In this document: piece after piece, positions 36,510-48,783 of the stretch | Position numbering within the stretch: the stretch's first letter is position 1 | Layout: each line of letters starts with the position of its first letter | DNA from: Oculatellaceae cyanobacterium bins.114 | GTDB taxonomy: Bacteria; Cyanobacteriota; Cyanobacteriia; Elainellales; Elainellaceae | Assembly (NCBI GenBank): GCA_033764315.1 | Contig: JANRJA010000187.1 | Location: 1 to 64,000 of the forward strand | Direction of reading: 5' to 3' | DNA: 64,000 nt | The notes under the pieces: generated by a model | Database searches by the model: none | What the model saw: only the letters and a program-made list of their open reading frames with translations | What the model was told of the DNA's origin: nothing | Program-made: the position numbers and the translations under genes

Positions 36510-37376
36510 TCACAAACGAGTAGGAATAGAGTGTCTTACCTCTAAGGGCAGGGATGACAGATTGAATCTCTCTTGAATCTCTGGCTTGTCAACCTTGCTG
36601 TCGTACGATAGACCAAATTTAAGCCCTACCGTTTCTGATAACCTTTCAGATGTAAACGTTTTATAAAGCTTTTTAATGCGAGAAATCAACTCTTTGTAAT
36701 CAAACCAGTCTTGTAACGGACGATTACCCCGAAAATAAAGATTCTCTCCATTGTCAATCACATAGACTGCACCTGGGAAAGGAAGTAGTTCCAGATGGTA
36801 CCCCTTGTCACTCATCATCTTCTTCATCGTTTTATGATTGGTTGAGTAAGCTGCAAGATCATCATTTCTAGGATCTTCAGGTAGATCAATCAAGTCATAT
36901 TTAAGAATGTGAGAGGAGCCACAGAAAAGATGGAATTTCTCTTTTCTCAAAAAAATGCGATCGCTGCCATCTTTATATTCATATCCTTGCCCAAAAAACC
37001 AACCGTGGCTATCAGGTCGGTGATTGACAAACTCTGCTAAATCCTGGCTCACGCAATCATCTGCATCAACAACCATGACATGAGAGGGCTCAAACTCTTG
37101 AGCTGCAACTAAACCAGTGAATGCTTTGCGTTTGCGATCTTGCCTTTTTTCTTTAATATCAGAGTTGCGATTGGGTGCTGGAAAATCAACTTGAATGTAG
37201 GCAAGATTAGGGTGCTGAAACTGGATTTCTGGTATCTCGTGACAGACAACAATCACCCTAAAATCAATAGAAGTTTGATTGCAAATTGAGCGAACACATC
37301 GGTCAAAGAGTTGCGAAACCGTTTTCCACGAAGCTGAAACTTTCGCGCTCTTAAGAGGAACGACAAAAACTATCAT
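36510..37376 (-). CDS. GT-A fold (family 2-like) glycosyltransferase
   Basis: MIVFVVPLKS, RSICNQT..FRVIVVCHE, VMVVDADD (DxD). Confidence 0.8.
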   Translation of the reverse strand: MIVFVVPLKSAKVSASWKTVSQLFDRCVRSICNQTSIDFRVIVVCHEIPEIQFQHPNLAYIQVDFPAPNRNSDIKEKRQDRKRKAFTGLVAAQEFEPSHVMVVDADDCVSQDLAEFVNHRPDSHGWFFGQGYEYKDGSDRIFLRKEKFHLFCGSSHILKYDLIDLPEDPRNDDLAAYSTNHKTMKKMMSDKGYHLELLPFPGAVYVIDNGENLYFRGNRPLQDWFDYKELISRIKKLYKTFTSERLSETVGLKFGLSYDSKVDKPEIQERFNLSSLPLEVRHSIPTRL

Positions 37377-38252
37377 ATTTACCTCTGATAAAGCTCTTGA
37401 AAAGAAATCAAGGCGGGCTAAATGCATTAACCCTGAATGGAGTGCACCTTGTCTAAGTAAAGGGACGTCGATAAAGAGATTAATAGGTTGCTAAAAGAAT
37501 TAGCTAAGCGATCGCTCTAATCTCATTTAATTTTGTCCTTCTACTGAATACCCTTACTTATTTACTAACGTATTCAATCTGTATCCGGAATAGGTAAATT
37601 AACCGTGAAGAAAAGTGCCAACACAAAAACTTGCCGCGAAGATAGCATGCACTCAAATAATCCCTACTTAATCTAATAATGCACTAATAATTACAACGTA
37701 TTTAGAATTACGCAAAAAGCTGCGCCATTCTAATCGAAACGATACAGCTTTCTCCAATGATGTATCTATTTCTCTGGCTACTAAAAGTAGAGCTGATAGT
37801 CCTAATACCAATTCATTGTGAAGTTGTATAGAACTGAGTCTGAAAGCTTTATAGGGAAGGCGTTTCAAGCTTCTTGGTCGTACAGCTTTATACAAAATTG
37901 GTATAAGCAAGTAAGGATGTGCCACACTCCACACGGCACATCCTTCCTCAAAAGCTATTGTTTTTAGAGCATTACCGTAAAGTTTTATCTTTACGTTTAT
38001 TTCCTGCTCTTCTGATCTTTATTAGGCATTAAAAATCGCTCGTGAAAAGGGCATCTCTAGAGCCACTCAATTTATATCCATAGCATTATTTACGAAAGGC
38101 TGAGAATTCCTAAAATCAACACGATCGCCATCCCCGCTAACATCCCATAAGACAGTTTTAACCAGGTATAACGCCAGAGTGGACGGTGACGATCATTCAT
38201 AGGAGTGTCGTTTATTTCTAATTGGTGGACGTAGATTACTCAAAAGATTGGA

Positions 38253-38513
38253 TTAACCTTGCTCGTCAGGCATAGCTTCTGCTGCGATCGCCTCTTGAAT
38301 AAATAACTTAGCAAGGCGATCGTACATCCCTGCCCCAATGTATTGCGGGTATTTGTGTAATCGACTATAAACCCACACTAACTCATCAAAGAGAAAAATA
38401 CGGATGTCTTCGGTCAAGCTTTTGCATTGCGGAATTAACGATTTAGCGGCTTCTAGCGCATCAGTCCAACGCTCAAACTCTTGAGATGATCGGGGTGTGA
38501 CTACTTTGAACAT
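38253..38513 (-). CDS. small conserved hypothetical protein
   Basis: 86-aa ORF downstream of acnB. Confidence 0.7.
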   Translation of the reverse strand: MFKVVTPRSSQEFERWTDALEAAKSLIPQCKSLTEDIRIFLFDELVWVYSRLHKYPQYIGAGMYDRLAKLFIQEAIAAEAMPDEQG

Positions 38514-38534
38514 AAGTCAATTGTAAAAATTATA

Positions 38535-38612
38535 ACCCTCTCCCCAAGCCCCTCTTCAAAACGAAAAGGGGCTTCCGGTTCTCCTTGTTTGCAAGGAAGG
38601 GGTTAGGGGGTT
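38535..38612. repeat. C-rich/G-rich multi-hairpin intergenic repeat
   Basis: AAGCCCCTCTTC..GAAAAGGGGCTT and CCTTG..CAAGG stems; AACCCTCT..GGGGGTT ends. Confidence 0.55.
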
Positions 38613-38630
38613 GGGTTCTTCCTCATCTAT

Positions 38631-41243
38631 TTAGTGACCTGCGGCGGTTGGCATCCCCAGAAGGTCTTCAATTCGAGGCATTTCATCCAGTGGAATCACT
38701 CGTCCCTCATCCTCAAAACCAGCAATTTGGTCAAAGTTGAGATAGCGATAGAGATCCGCCGCAAACGGATCAATTTTGCTCTGGACGATCGCCATATATT
38801 CTTCCACCGTTGGAATGTGTCCTAACAGCGCACAAACCGCTGCCAACTCAGCCGATCCCAAATAAACTTGTGCATCTTTGCCCATACGGTTATTAAAGTT
38901 GCGTGTCGAAGTCGAAAACACCGTCACACCATCAGCGACTCGTGCTTGATTGCCCATACAGAGCGAACATCCTGGCATCTCGGTTCTAGCTCCAGCCGCC
39001 GCAAAAATCCCGTACATGCCTTCTTCCCGCAGTTGTTTTTCATCCATGCGAGTCGGTGGACAAATCCACAGGCGCACCTTCACCGGACCTGCTCCCTCTA
39101 AAATTTTGGCAGCAGCACGATAGTGACCAATGTTGGTCATACAAGAGCCAATAAAGACCTCATGAATTGGATCTCCTGCACACTCTGACATCAGTTTGAT
39201 GTTATCAGGATCATTAGGAGCCGCCACTAGAGGTGCTTTAATGCTATTGAGATCAACCTCAATGATCTCGGCATACTCTGCATCTGGATCAGCCTCCATC
39301 AACACCGGGTTAGCTAACCACTGCTCCATCTTGGCAATTCGCCGCAAGATAGTACGAGCATCGCCATAGCCCCGTGCCACCATGTTCTTCATCAGTGCCA
39401 CGTTCGATCGCAGATATTCCGCTACGGTGTCCGTGCTGAGTTTGATCGTACAGCCCGCACAGGATCTTTCTGCCGTCGCATCCGTTAGCTCAAACGCTTG
39501 CTCTAGCTTCAGGTCAGGCAAGCCTTCCATCTCCATAATGCGACCGGAAAAGACGTTCTTTTTGTTTTGCTTTTCAACGGTCAGCTGCCCCGACTGAATA
39601 GCGACATAGGGAATAGCGTTGACCACATCCCGCAGCGTAACACCGGGTTGCAAGGTGCCCTTAAACCTGACTAACACCGATTCGGGCATGTCGAGCGGCA
39701 TCACCCCTAACGCCGCCGCAAATGCTACCAAGCCAGACCCTGCCGGGAAGGAGATGCCTAAGGGGAAGCGTGTATGAGAATCGCCACCTGTACCTACCGT
39801 ATCGGGCAACAGCATGCGATTCAACCAGGAATGAATAATGCCATCACCAGGACGCAAGGAAACGCCCCCCCGTGAGTTGATGAAATCGGGTAAATCTTTG
39901 TGGGTTTTGATATCAACTGGCTTGGGATACGCCGCTGTGTGGCAAAAGCTCTGCATCACCAAGTCAGCACTAAAACCAAGACAGGCAAGCTCTTTCAATT
40001 CATCACGAGTCATCGGTCCGGTCGTGTCCTGCGACCCAACTGTTGTCATCAACGGTTCACAAGAGGTGCCCGGACGAACTCCCGGCAGACCACAAGCCTT
40101 GCCTACCATCTTTTGAGCCAGGGTAAAGCCTTTGCCCGTATCAACTGGGGCCTGTGGACGAATAAACAGGGTACTGGGTTCCAAACCCAATGCCACACGA
40201 GTTTTGTCGGTTAAGGTGCGCCCAATCAGCAAGGGAATACGTCCACCTGCCCGCACTTCATCCAAAATGGTGTCAGGTTTGAGGCTAAAGGTAGAAATGA
40301 CTTCTCCAGCTTCATTGGTGATTTCCCCTTTATAAGGGTAGATCGTGATGACATCGCCCGTTTTCAGGTGAGTCACATCGCACTCAATCGGCAGCGCACC
40401 AGAATCTTCTGCCGTGTTGAAGAAAATTGGAGCAATTTTGCCACCCAAAATAAAACCGCCCGATCGCTTATTGGGTACAAAGGGAATGTCTTGCCCGATA
40501 TGCCACAACACCGAGTTGATTGCAGACTTGCGAGAGGAACCCGTTCCCACAACATCGCCCACATAGGCCACGGGGTGTCCTTTCTGCTTCAATTGGGTAA
40601 TGGTGTCTAACCCTCCAGGCATCCGCGTTTCCAGCATCACGAGGGCATGCAGCGGGATGTCAGGACGAGTCGTGGCGTGGGGAGCCGGGGAGAGATCATC
40701 AGTGTTGGTCTCACCTGGCACTTTAAAGACAGTGACGGTAATGGCCTCTGGCAGCTCAGGGCGAGTTGTAAACCATGCTGCATCTGCCCACGCCTGCATC
40801 ACCTGCTGAGCATAGGAGTTGCCACTCTCGGCTAACTCCTGGACATCGTGAAAGGCATCATAAACTAACAAAATTTTGCTCAGAGAATCGGCCGCATGAC
40901 CCGCAATCTCTGCATCAGACGAGTGCAGCAGATCAATCAAGGACTGCACGTTATAACCGCCCATCATGGTGCCTAAGAGTTCTACCGCATCATGGGGAGA
41001 AACAAGGGGGCTAGTCGCCTCACCTTTGGCGATCGCTGTTAAAAATCCGGCTTTGACATAGGCTGCTTGATCGACCCCAGGTGGCACGCGATCGCGCAAC
41101 AACATCAGTAAAGTTTCTGCCTCATCAGCAGGAGGATTCTTGAGCATGTCACATAGATCTGACATTTGCTCAGCAGTTAATGGCAATGGGGGAATTCCTA
41201 ATGCTGCTCGCTCAGCAACATGATTACGGTAAGCATCCAACAT
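38631..41243 (-). CDS. acnB: aconitate hydratase B
   Basis: [56 protein letters not shown]. Confidence 0.98.
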   Translation of the reverse strand: MLDAYRNHVAERAALGIPPLPLTAEQMSDLCDMLKNPPADEAETLLMLLRDRVPPGVDQAAYVKAGFLTAIAKGEATSPLVSPHDAVELLGTMMGGYNVQSLIDLLHSSDAEIAGHAADSLSKILLVYDAFHDVQELAESGNSYAQQVMQAWADAAWFTTRPELPEAITVTVFKVPGETNTDDLSPAPHATTRPDIPLHALVMLETRMPGGLDTITQLKQKGHPVAYVGDVVGTGSSRKSAINSVLWHIGQDIPFVPNKRSGGFILGGKIAPIFFNTAEDSGALPIECDVTHLKTGDVITIYPYKGEITNEAGEVISTFSLKPDTILDEVRAGGRIPLLIGRTLTDKTRVALGLEPSTLFIRPQAPVDTGKGFTLAQKMVGKACGLPGVRPGTSCEPLMTTVGSQDTTGPMTRDELKELACLGFSADLVMQSFCHTAAYPKPVDIKTHKDLPDFINSRGGVSLRPGDGIIHSWLNRMLLPDTVGTGGDSHTRFPLGISFPAGSGLVAFAAALGVMPLDMPESVLVRFKGTLQPGVTLRDVVNAIPYVAIQSGQLTVEKQNKKNVFSGRIMEMEGLPDLKLEQAFELTDATAERSCAGCTIKLSTDTVAEYLRSNVALMKNMVARGYGDARTILRRIAKMEQWLANPVLMEADPDAEYAEIIEVDLNSIKAPLVAAPNDPDNIKLMSECAGDPIHEVFIGSCMTNIGHYRAAAKILEGAGPVKVRLWICPPTRMDEKQLREEGMYGIFAAAGARTEMPGCSLCMGNQARVADGVTVFSTSTRNFNNRMGKDAQVYLGSAELAAVCALLGHIPTVEEYMAIVQSKIDPFAADLYRYLNFDQIAGFEDEGRVIPLDEMPRIEDLLGMPTAAGH

Positions 41244-41717
41244 CTTCAAAGGCTCTCTAGAGGACGGTATAAAACTTTTCACTCAGGCTTAATTTTTGCT
41301 TTAACGAGTATATTTCTACGGTAACGTGCTGCACAGTTCAATGGTCGTTATGAAACCAGGATGCCAAACCATCATTTCCCATCTCAAAAACGAGTCAAAT
41401 CCTAAGAAATATGCATATTCTTTGCAGACAATACACAGTTTCTTGATATTCCGCCCCAAATTTCAGGTTAACGTTTGAATTGACTTGAGTATTTTCTCTG
41501 TCTCCGGGGCAGACTCAATCTAAGCGTAAGTTAAAAAAGTAAGTGAATATCAGCATGATGGATTCAGTTAATAAAAGCTAGCTATAGATAGTGTCAAGTG
41601 TTATAAGGTAGTCTGATTGCAATTGCATTCGCATCCCAGCACAGCTCTAGCAGGCTTTATTAACCCATCATCAATTATTACGGTTGGCTCTATTCAGCTC
41701 AAAAAGGATCAACGAGG

Positions 41718-42797
41718 ATGACGCAACGGAAACGAGCATTAATCACTGGAATTACAGGTCAGGATGGGTCCTATCTCAGTGAACTTTTGATGGAAAAAGG
41801 ATATGAAGTTCATGGCATCATTCGCCGAACCTCAACCTTTAACACCGATCGGATTGACCACATCTATGAAGATCCCCATAACGAAGGTGCTCAGCTGTTT
41901 CTCCACTACGGTGATCTAACAGATGGCACGACTCTACGGCGCATCTTGGAAGACGTGAAACCCGTTGAAATTTATAATTTAGGCGCACAATCCCACGTGC
42001 GAGTCAGCTTTGACTCACCTGAATACACCGCAGACTCAGTCGGCATGGGTACTCTGCGTTTGTTAGAAGCCATTCGCGATTATCAGCAACGAACGGGTGT
42101 TGAAGTGCGGTTTTACCAGGCAGGTTCCTCTGAAATGTTTGGTAAGGTGCAAGAGGTACCGCAAAAAGAAACCACTCCTTTCTATCCACGTAGTCCTTAC
42201 GCCTGCGCCAAGCTCTATGCTCACTGGCAAACCGTCAACTATCGCGAATCCTACGGGTTGTTTGCTTGCAATGGCATCTTATTTAACCATGAGTCTCCTC
42301 GTCGGGGTGAAACGTTTGTAACGCGCAAAATCACCCGTGCCTTGGCTCGCATCGTGGCAGGCCAGCAGAAAAAGCTTTATATGGGTAATCTCGACTCCAA
42401 GCGTGACTGGGGTTATGCCAAAGATTACGTTCGTGCGATGTGGATGATGCTGCAACACACCGAGGCTGACGATTATGTAATTGCCACAGGTGAAACTTAC
42501 TCCATCCGGCAGTTCCTCGATTTGGCATTTGGCTATGTCAACCTTAACTGGCAAGACTATGTTGAGTTTGATGAGCGATATTTGCGTCCGGCAGAGGTCG
42601 ATTTGCTGATTGGTGACCCGACTAAAGCCAAGCAAAAGCTGGGGTGGGAACCCTCTGTCACGTTTGAGCAGTTAGTGGCGTTAATGGTCGAAGCCGATCT
42701 CAAAGCACTAGGATTGGTTCCCTTAAATGGGCACTCCGTTCAAACGGTTACAGACACTGCCACAATTCGCCAAAGCACTGGCAGCTACGCATCCTGA
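41718..42797 (+). CDS. gmd: GDP-mannose 4,6-dehydratase
   Basis: [37 protein letters not shown]. Confidence 0.98.
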   Translation: MTQRKRALITGITGQDGSYLSELLMEKGYEVHGIIRRTSTFNTDRIDHIYEDPHNEGAQLFLHYGDLTDGTTLRRILEDVKPVEIYNLGAQSHVRVSFDSPEYTADSVGMGTLRLLEAIRDYQQRTGVEVRFYQAGSSEMFGKVQEVPQKETTPFYPRSPYACAKLYAHWQTVNYRESYGLFACNGILFNHESPRRGETFVTRKITRALARIVAGQQKKLYMGNLDSKRDWGYAKDYVRAMWMMLQHTEADDYVIATGETYSIRQFLDLAFGYVNLNWQDYVEFDERYLRPAEVDLLIGDPTKAKQKLGWEPSVTFEQLVALMVEADLKALGLVPLNGHSVQTVTDTATIRQSTGSYAS

Positions 42798-42986
42798 GCG
42801 ATGCCTCCTCGTGAATTTCCCACTTAACATTTAACTCGCTCATTTGAATAGAGTCAGCCCGCAAAATTGAGTTGAATCATCAAACCAGTGTTGTGCCTGA
42901 CTCTGCTCAAGCCCGACTTTGTCTGGATGTTAGAGTGCTGCTAACAGACTCAGGAACATCACTCAGCAAAAGTAACCCTCAACCCT

Positions 42987-43934
42987 ATGACTACACAACT
43001 TAACCTTGCCGATAAGCGTATCCTGGTGACTGGTGGAGCAGGCTTTCTTGGCCGTCAAGTGGTCGATCAACTCTGCAAAGCTGGGGCTGACCCTGCCAAG
43101 ATTACAGTGCCGCGATCGCGCGATTATGATTTGCGTCAGATGGAAAGCTGTCAGCGGGCTGTTGATCAACAAGATGTCGTCATTCACCTGGCCGCTCACG
43201 TCGGTGGCATTGGCTTAAACCGCGAAAAGCCAGCTGAGTTATTTTATGACAACTTAATGATGGGGACTCAACTGATCCACGCTGCCTATGAAGCAGGTGT
43301 TGAGAAATTCACCTGCGTTGGAACGATTTGTGCCTATCCCAAATTTACGCCAGTGCCGTTTAAAGAAGACGACATTTGGGATGGCTATCCAGAAGAAACC
43401 AACGCCCCCTACGGCATCGCTAAAAAAGCCTTGCTAGTGCAACTGCAGTCCTATCGAATGCAATATGGCTTTGATGGCATCTATTTACTGCCTGTCAACC
43501 TGTATGGCCCTGAAGATAACTTTGATCCGCGCAGTTCTCACGTTATTCCAGCGTTGATCCGCAAGGTTCACGAAGCTCAAGAACGGGGAGACAAGCAAAT
43601 TCCAGTATGGGGTGATGGCAGCCCAACTCGTGAGTTCCTCTATTCCACTGATGCGGCTCGTGGCATCGTCATGGGAACTCAATCCTATGATGAGCCTGAC
43701 CCGGTGAACCTGGGAACAGGCTATGAAATCACCATCAAAGACTTGATTCACTTGATCTGTGAATTGATGAACTATGAGGGTGAAATTGTCTGGGAAACGA
43801 ATCAGCCAAATGGTCAGCCTCGTCGTTGTTTAGACACTCAACGTGCCAAAGAAAAATTTGGCTTTGTTGCAGAGGTTGAGTTTAAGCAAGGGTTAAAAAA
43901 TACGATTGACTGGTATCGCCAACATGCGGCTTAG
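42987..43934 (+). CDS. fcl: GDP-L-fucose synthase
   Basis: [42 protein letters not shown]. Confidence 0.95.
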   Translation: MTTQLNLADKRILVTGGAGFLGRQVVDQLCKAGADPAKITVPRSRDYDLRQMESCQRAVDQQDVVIHLAAHVGGIGLNREKPAELFYDNLMMGTQLIHAAYEAGVEKFTCVGTICAYPKFTPVPFKEDDIWDGYPEETNAPYGIAKKALLVQLQSYRMQYGFDGIYLLPVNLYGPEDNFDPRSSHVIPALIRKVHEAQERGDKQIPVWGDGSPTREFLYSTDAARGIVMGTQSYDEPDPVNLGTGYEITIKDLIHLICELMNYEGEIVWETNQPNGQPRRCLDTQRAKEKFGFVAEVEFKQGLKNTIDWYRQHAA

Positions 43935-44103
43935 TTGCGCTGTAAGCCTCATCGCCAGTCGTTGATCCCGATCTAGCCACTAAAGCGTTGCTCAAGGGGT
44001 GCAGGGATGTCAAGGACTAAACCGTCCAATCGGCATCCCTGCTGTGTTTTCTAGGGTTAAGGGTGGAGTAAAATGACCCATTGAAGACCGTTTTGGCAAA
44101 TTT

Positions 44104-44697
44104 GTGAACGCGACTGACTCTCAACCCGGTAAAGCAGAACTGAGGCGATCGCTTTTAAAGGCTAGGCAAGCACTCCACCCAGATCTGTGGCGCGAAAAGA
44201 GCGATCGCATCTGTGCCCACTTGCACAACTGGTCCGTGTTTAGCCAAGCTCAAACCGTCCTCGCCTATTTTAGTTTTCGGCAAGAACCTGATCTCAGCCC
44301 TCTGTTCACGCCCTCTCGCATTTGGGGTTTTCCACGCTGTGTTGACAAGTCAATGGTGTGGCATCAGTGGATACCCACCGCGATCGGAGCACGACAATAT
44401 CCGTTGCAAGCAGGAGCATTTGGGATCTTAGAACCTCATCCTTATGCGCCTCAGATCCAACCATCTGACGTAGACCTAATTCTCGTGCCTGCGGTAGCGT
44501 GTGATGTCTGGGGCTATCGTTTGGGTTATGGGGGCGGTTTCTACGATCGCATGTTGAGTTCACCCCAGTGGATTGGCAAGCCAACCATCGGCATTGTCTT
44601 TGAGTTTGCCCGCTTACCGCGATTACCCATTGATCCCTGGGATCGCCCCCTTCAAGGCATTTGTACTGAGGCAGGGTTGTTTCTCAAGGAAGAATAG
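44104..44697 (+). CDS. 5-formyltetrahydrofolate cyclo-ligase
   Basis: FGILEP, DLILVPAVACD, RLGYGGGFYDR. Confidence 0.95.
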   Translation: MNATDSQPGKAELRRSLLKARQALHPDLWREKSDRICAHLHNWSVFSQAQTVLAYFSFRQEPDLSPLFTPSRIWGFPRCVDKSMVWHQWIPTAIGARQYPLQAGAFGILEPHPYAPQIQPSDVDLILVPAVACDVWGYRLGYGGGFYDRMLSSPQWIGKPTIGIVFEFARLPRLPIDPWDRPLQGICTEAGLFLKEE

Positions 44698-44817
44698 TGA
44701 ATACAAAATCCTTCATTGAGTTTAGCGATCGCCCCTCACAGCTATTCCTAACTGGAGATATCCATTTCCAGATGGTTAAGGTATAGTTAAGGGCTTAGTG
44801 ATTTCAAGTGTAGAACG

Positions 44818-45405
44818 ATGGCGAAAAAGAAAATGAAAAATAACCAACCTCCTGATACAGGACATTCTATACAGGATGTGCAGGATGTACAGGATGTACA
44901 GGAGAAACAAGGGGTTATGGGTGCTCTAGGTACGAATGCAAAAACCATTGGCACGACGATTGCAGGGGTGCTCATTGGAGAAATCATTGAAGCAGCGGTA
45001 GAGCGGCTCGTTCAAAAAGCTGGCAATGGTAGACAAGACCACACCTCAGATGAGAATGGCGATACTGTTAAAGGCGATCATGACAACAGCCCGATTCAAA
45101 GTGCAGCCGTCAGCGTGCAAGACAATTTGAATGATGTCAAGCTGACCATGCAGGATGCGATCGATGCTGTTAGGTCAGCTGTGGGAGATGTCGCCCCTAA
45201 ATTAGTCGATGCCTTAAAAGCTGTTCCAGAACGCTCACAACAATCCGTACAACGGTCAGCCAGTCATGTCGGCAATACGACGAAAACAGCGGTGCGAGAG
45301 GCAGTTGATACGGCTAAAAGTGCAGTCGCCGAACTTGTTCCCAACTCCTCTGATAAGCCCTCCAAGAAAGGGAAAAAAAGCAAAAAGAAGCACAAAAAAT
45401 CGTGA
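44818..45405 (+). CDS. hypothetical hydrophilic protein with Lys-rich ends
   Basis: Open frame with a short QDV 9-bp repeat; no recognisable domain. Confidence 0.7.
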   Translation: MAKKKMKNNQPPDTGHSIQDVQDVQDVQEKQGVMGALGTNAKTIGTTIAGVLIGEIIEAAVERLVQKAGNGRQDHTSDENGDTVKGDHDNSPIQSAAVSVQDNLNDVKLTMQDAIDAVRSAVGDVAPKLVDALKAVPERSQQSVQRSASHVGNTTKTAVREAVDTAKSAVAELVPNSSDKPSKKGKKSKKKHKKS

Positions 45406-45438
45406 TTTGAGCATGGATGTTTGCACGGAAAACAGAGT

Positions 45439-45470
45439 TGGTAGGGATTTCGGTTGCGAAATCCCTACCA
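45439..45470. repeat. perfect REP-like hairpin between convergent genes
   Basis: TGGTAGGGATTTCG-GTTG-CGAAATCCCTACCA. Confidence 0.75.
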
Positions 45471-45519
45471 GAAAACTATCTGTTGGCGATCGCTCCGTTA
45501 TACGCTCAAACGAGTTGAG

Positions 45520-46866
45520 TTACGCCACTTCGTGCAACACGTCAGACAACATCTCAATCAACTGATCAATGTGATGTTTTTCGATAATCAATGGCGGTGA
45601 AAGAGCGATGATATCACCCGTTGTGCGAACGAGTAACCCTTTCTCATAACACCGTAAAAAGGCATCAAAAGCACGAGCCGTTGGCTTTCCAGGAATGGGT
45701 TCTAGCTCAATACCGGCCACCAATCCCAAGTTGCGGATGTCGATGACATGGGGCAATCCTTTCAGCGAGTGAACGGCATTCTCCCAATAACCCGACATCT
45801 CCTGTGCCCGTTGGAACAAGCCCTCTTCTTCATAGATCTCCAACGTGGCTAGACCTGCGGCAGACGCAACTGGGTGCCCAGAATAGGTGTAGCCATGAAA
45901 CAACTCGATTGCATTGTCAGGAGCATTCATAAACGTGTCATAAATGCCTTGTCGGACAAACACGGCACCCATAGGAATGGTTCCATTCGTAATGCCTTTG
46001 GCAACTGCCACCATATCTGGAATGACACCAAAATGCTCAAACGCAAAGGAACTGCCAAGCCGCCCAAACCCAGTAATCACCTCATCAAAAATCAACAAGA
46101 TGCCGTGTTTATCACAAATTTGGCGGAGGCGTTGTAAGTATCCTTTTGGGGGAACGAGCACCCCGGTTGAGCCTGCAACGGGTTCTACAATCACAGCGGC
46201 AATGTTTGAGGCATCATGCAGAGCGACAATCCGTTCCAGTTCATCAGCTAAATGAGCACCCCATTCCGGTTGCCCTTTGCTGAAAGCGTTGTGTTCTAGG
46301 TTGTGGGTGTGAGGCAGGTGATCAACGCCATTGAGCAAACTGCCAAAAAACTTGCGGTTAGGACCAATGCCCCCGACTGAGATGCCCCCAAAACCGACCC
46401 CATGATAGCCCCGTTCTCGCCCAATCAACCGTTGACGAGTACCCTGACCGCGTGCCCGTTGATAGGCGATCGCGATTTTGAGGGCACTGTCCACAGCTTC
46501 AGACCCAGAATTGGCAAAGAAAACATGGTTTAAATCTCCGGGTAACAGCTTGGCTAACCGATCAGCCAACTGAAAAGGCCCCGGATGCCCCATTTGAAAC
46601 GTAGGAGCAAAGTCAAGCGTTGCGACTTGCTTGTGCACGGCTTCCACAATTTTGGTGCGACAGTGCCCCGCATTCACACACCACAACCCCGCTGTGCCAT
46701 CTAAAACCTGTCGCCCATCTTCGGTGGTGTAGTGCATGTCTTTGGCAGACACGAAAATCCGAGGGTTTGCCTTAAACTGCCGATTTGCCGTGAAGGGCAT
46801 CCAAAAGGCGTCTAATTCGGGTCGCAGTCCTACGTCAGTTGTGGGATGGGTCAGTTCTTGCACCAT
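45520..46866 (-). CDS. omega-amino acid (beta-alanine):pyruvate aminotransferase, class III
   Basis: FWMPFTANRQFK, DGTAGLWC, FDEVITGFGRLG, AKGITNG, HGYTYSGHP. Confidence 0.93.
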   Translation of the reverse strand: MVQELTHPTTDVGLRPELDAFWMPFTANRQFKANPRIFVSAKDMHYTTEDGRQVLDGTAGLWCVNAGHCRTKIVEAVHKQVATLDFAPTFQMGHPGPFQLADRLAKLLPGDLNHVFFANSGSEAVDSALKIAIAYQRARGQGTRQRLIGRERGYHGVGFGGISVGGIGPNRKFFGSLLNGVDHLPHTHNLEHNAFSKGQPEWGAHLADELERIVALHDASNIAAVIVEPVAGSTGVLVPPKGYLQRLRQICDKHGILLIFDEVITGFGRLGSSFAFEHFGVIPDMVAVAKGITNGTIPMGAVFVRQGIYDTFMNAPDNAIELFHGYTYSGHPVASAAGLATLEIYEEEGLFQRAQEMSGYWENAVHSLKGLPHVIDIRNLGLVAGIELEPIPGKPTARAFDAFLRCYEKGLLVRTTGDIIALSPPLIIEKHHIDQLIEMLSDVLHEVA

Positions 46867-46959
46867 AGGTTTAACTTGCTGCTCAGCAGAGTGAATTGTG
46901 GATGGATTGGAGACGGCTCAGTTTCAACATTCTAGCCTAGCCCTCCCTGTCCCATCACA

Positions 46960-48600
46960 TTACCACTCTACCCAGTTCAGCAGGGCATCCCATTGAGTTT
47001 CAGCCGTAAAACTAGCAGCAATTTGGTCGTAGTCGCTGAGGGGGTAATAGCCTCTAGGAGACATGTAGATAGACAACCCACTGGCTCGACCTGGTACAGC
47101 CGTAAAGTTTTCTAAAACAACGTCGCTATAGGCATTGAGTACTGCTTGGGCGGCGGTGCGAATGGTAGAAGAGATGACCCAACTGTTGACAATATCTGAG
47201 AAGAGATTGCCGATATCGATGTAGCTAGGCGCACCGCCCTCTCCATAGGCGTTGGAGTAGCGATCGCGAGCACGACCAATCCCACTGAGATCAGCACTAG
47301 TAGCACTGCCCATCACAGAGCCGACGAATTGGCTCAACGCGTTGCCCAGGTTGTTAGGGTTGCTGCTACGCAGAGCCGTCAGGTCGATCGCCGACAGCGT
47401 TTCAATATTAGAAGGATAGGTTTGAGCGTAAGCACTAACGATGCTAGATCCAAATTGAGTGACGGTCATCGTAGGGTTGGCCGACAAATTTTGAAAGACG
47501 CGGGTATAGTCCCACCCAGTACCAGGGATATTTTCTTGAGAACCCACAAACACAGAGGCTTTGTCACGAATGGCATGGGCAAACTCGACCGTACCCATGA
47601 GGCAGGCGTCAGACCCCACCAGATCAATATCGGTCGTGCTCAAAACACTGTTGAGTTCATTTGTGGTGATGCCGTCATTGGTCAGGTCATCAAAGGACAC
47701 TTCAAAGCCAGAGCCATGTCCCCATAAAACCAGTGCATAGTTGTCTGCTTGATACGTGGTAGTGCCCCAGGTGACGAAGTTTTGTAGGGTAGTGGCATCC
47801 CCCATGTTGACTTCCCCGATGCTGGTGCCCCAGTTTAAGCCGGGTGTGCTGCCATAGCTGACCAGCCCTCGACGGGTATCAGTCCAGTTGCCAAAGCGAG
47901 CATCATCTTGAGCTGCACCTGAGACAAAGCTGGGGTGATTGGCAGCAGTGCGATCGAGTTGGACAACAATGTTGACGTTGTTATTGGAACCAACCGCCGC
48001 CATTTCTTGAAAATCTTGAATGCTGAACTGTTCCAGGTTGTCAGCCGACATGTAGACCATCACCGTCCAATCGGCGGGCTCAGTCGGGGTTGGGGGGTTA
48101 TCGGGGGGTAAGAGGGTGGTGGCTCGGCTTGAGAGACTGAGGTTGTAATTGGTTCTGCCGTTCTTGGAAAAGACCCGAACAAAGTACGTTCCGGCTTGCA
48201 AGTCGCAGTTAATGCGTTCGATCGCAGTGCCACTGCGGTAAGATCCGGCGATCGCCACTCCAGCTTGATTCAACAATTGCACATCTGCATCAGCGCGTAA
48301 CCCTCTCATCGAGACTCGCAAATTTTGAGGATTCGATACCGTGAAACGGACATAATCGTTGCGATCGCTAGCCATATCGATGGCGTCACGTAAGGTGCGT
48401 GTCCCTGCTAGAGCACCAATATTGTGGGCACTCGCCCGCGTGTTGCCAAAATCACCGATAAGCGATGACCGATGCACCCGGTTGCGTGAGGCACGAGTAA
48501 CATCAGCATGAAATGGGGTATCACGATCCAATCTAGTCGTGACCGATGCATGAGCATTGAGATTAGACCGTTGAAATCGAGGGGCTGACATAAGAATCAC
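46960..48600 (-). CDS. clostripain-like (C11) cysteine peptidase with N-terminal PPC-like domain
   Basis: WTVMVYMSADN, EVNMGD, LVLWGHGSG (His), SDACLMG (Cys); PPC-like DADVQLLN..GTYFVRV. Confidence 0.88.
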   Translation of the reverse strand: MILMSAPRFQRSNLNAHASVTTRLDRDTPFHADVTRASRNRVHRSSLIGDFGNTRASAHNIGALAGTRTLRDAIDMASDRNDYVRFTVSNPQNLRVSMRGLRADADVQLLNQAGVAIAGSYRSGTAIERINCDLQAGTYFVRVFSKNGRTNYNLSLSSRATTLLPPDNPPTPTEPADWTVMVYMSADNLEQFSIQDFQEMAAVGSNNNVNIVVQLDRTAANHPSFVSGAAQDDARFGNWTDTRRGLVSYGSTPGLNWGTSIGEVNMGDATTLQNFVTWGTTTYQADNYALVLWGHGSGFEVSFDDLTNDGITTNELNSVLSTTDIDLVGSDACLMGTVEFAHAIRDKASVFVGSQENIPGTGWDYTRVFQNLSANPTMTVTQFGSSIVSAYAQTYPSNIETLSAIDLTALRSSNPNNLGNALSQFVGSVMGSATSADLSGIGRARDRYSNAYGEGGAPSYIDIGNLFSDIVNSWVISSTIRTAAQAVLNAYSDVVLENFTAVPGRASGLSIYMSPRGYYPLSDYDQIAASFTAETQWDALLNWVEW

Positions 48601-48783
48601 CAGAAAATTGGGGGTTCATCCCTACCTATTTCTGGCATGTTTGGAGGTATGCAGAACGAGAAGAATTTTGCTGGCTTCAGGACATACAACTTCAGTGCTT
48701 GCAAAAAGAGCAATAACATTCAAGACCCAAGCGATCGCCCTCTTATAACCTGAAACACAGGGTTCAAGTTCATTGAGGTTCAC

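Noticed and set aside
37500..38250. ORF 37668-37934 or an RNA gene in the AT-rich spacer
   Set aside because: No recognisable motif or RBS, and no tRNA or riboswitch pattern.
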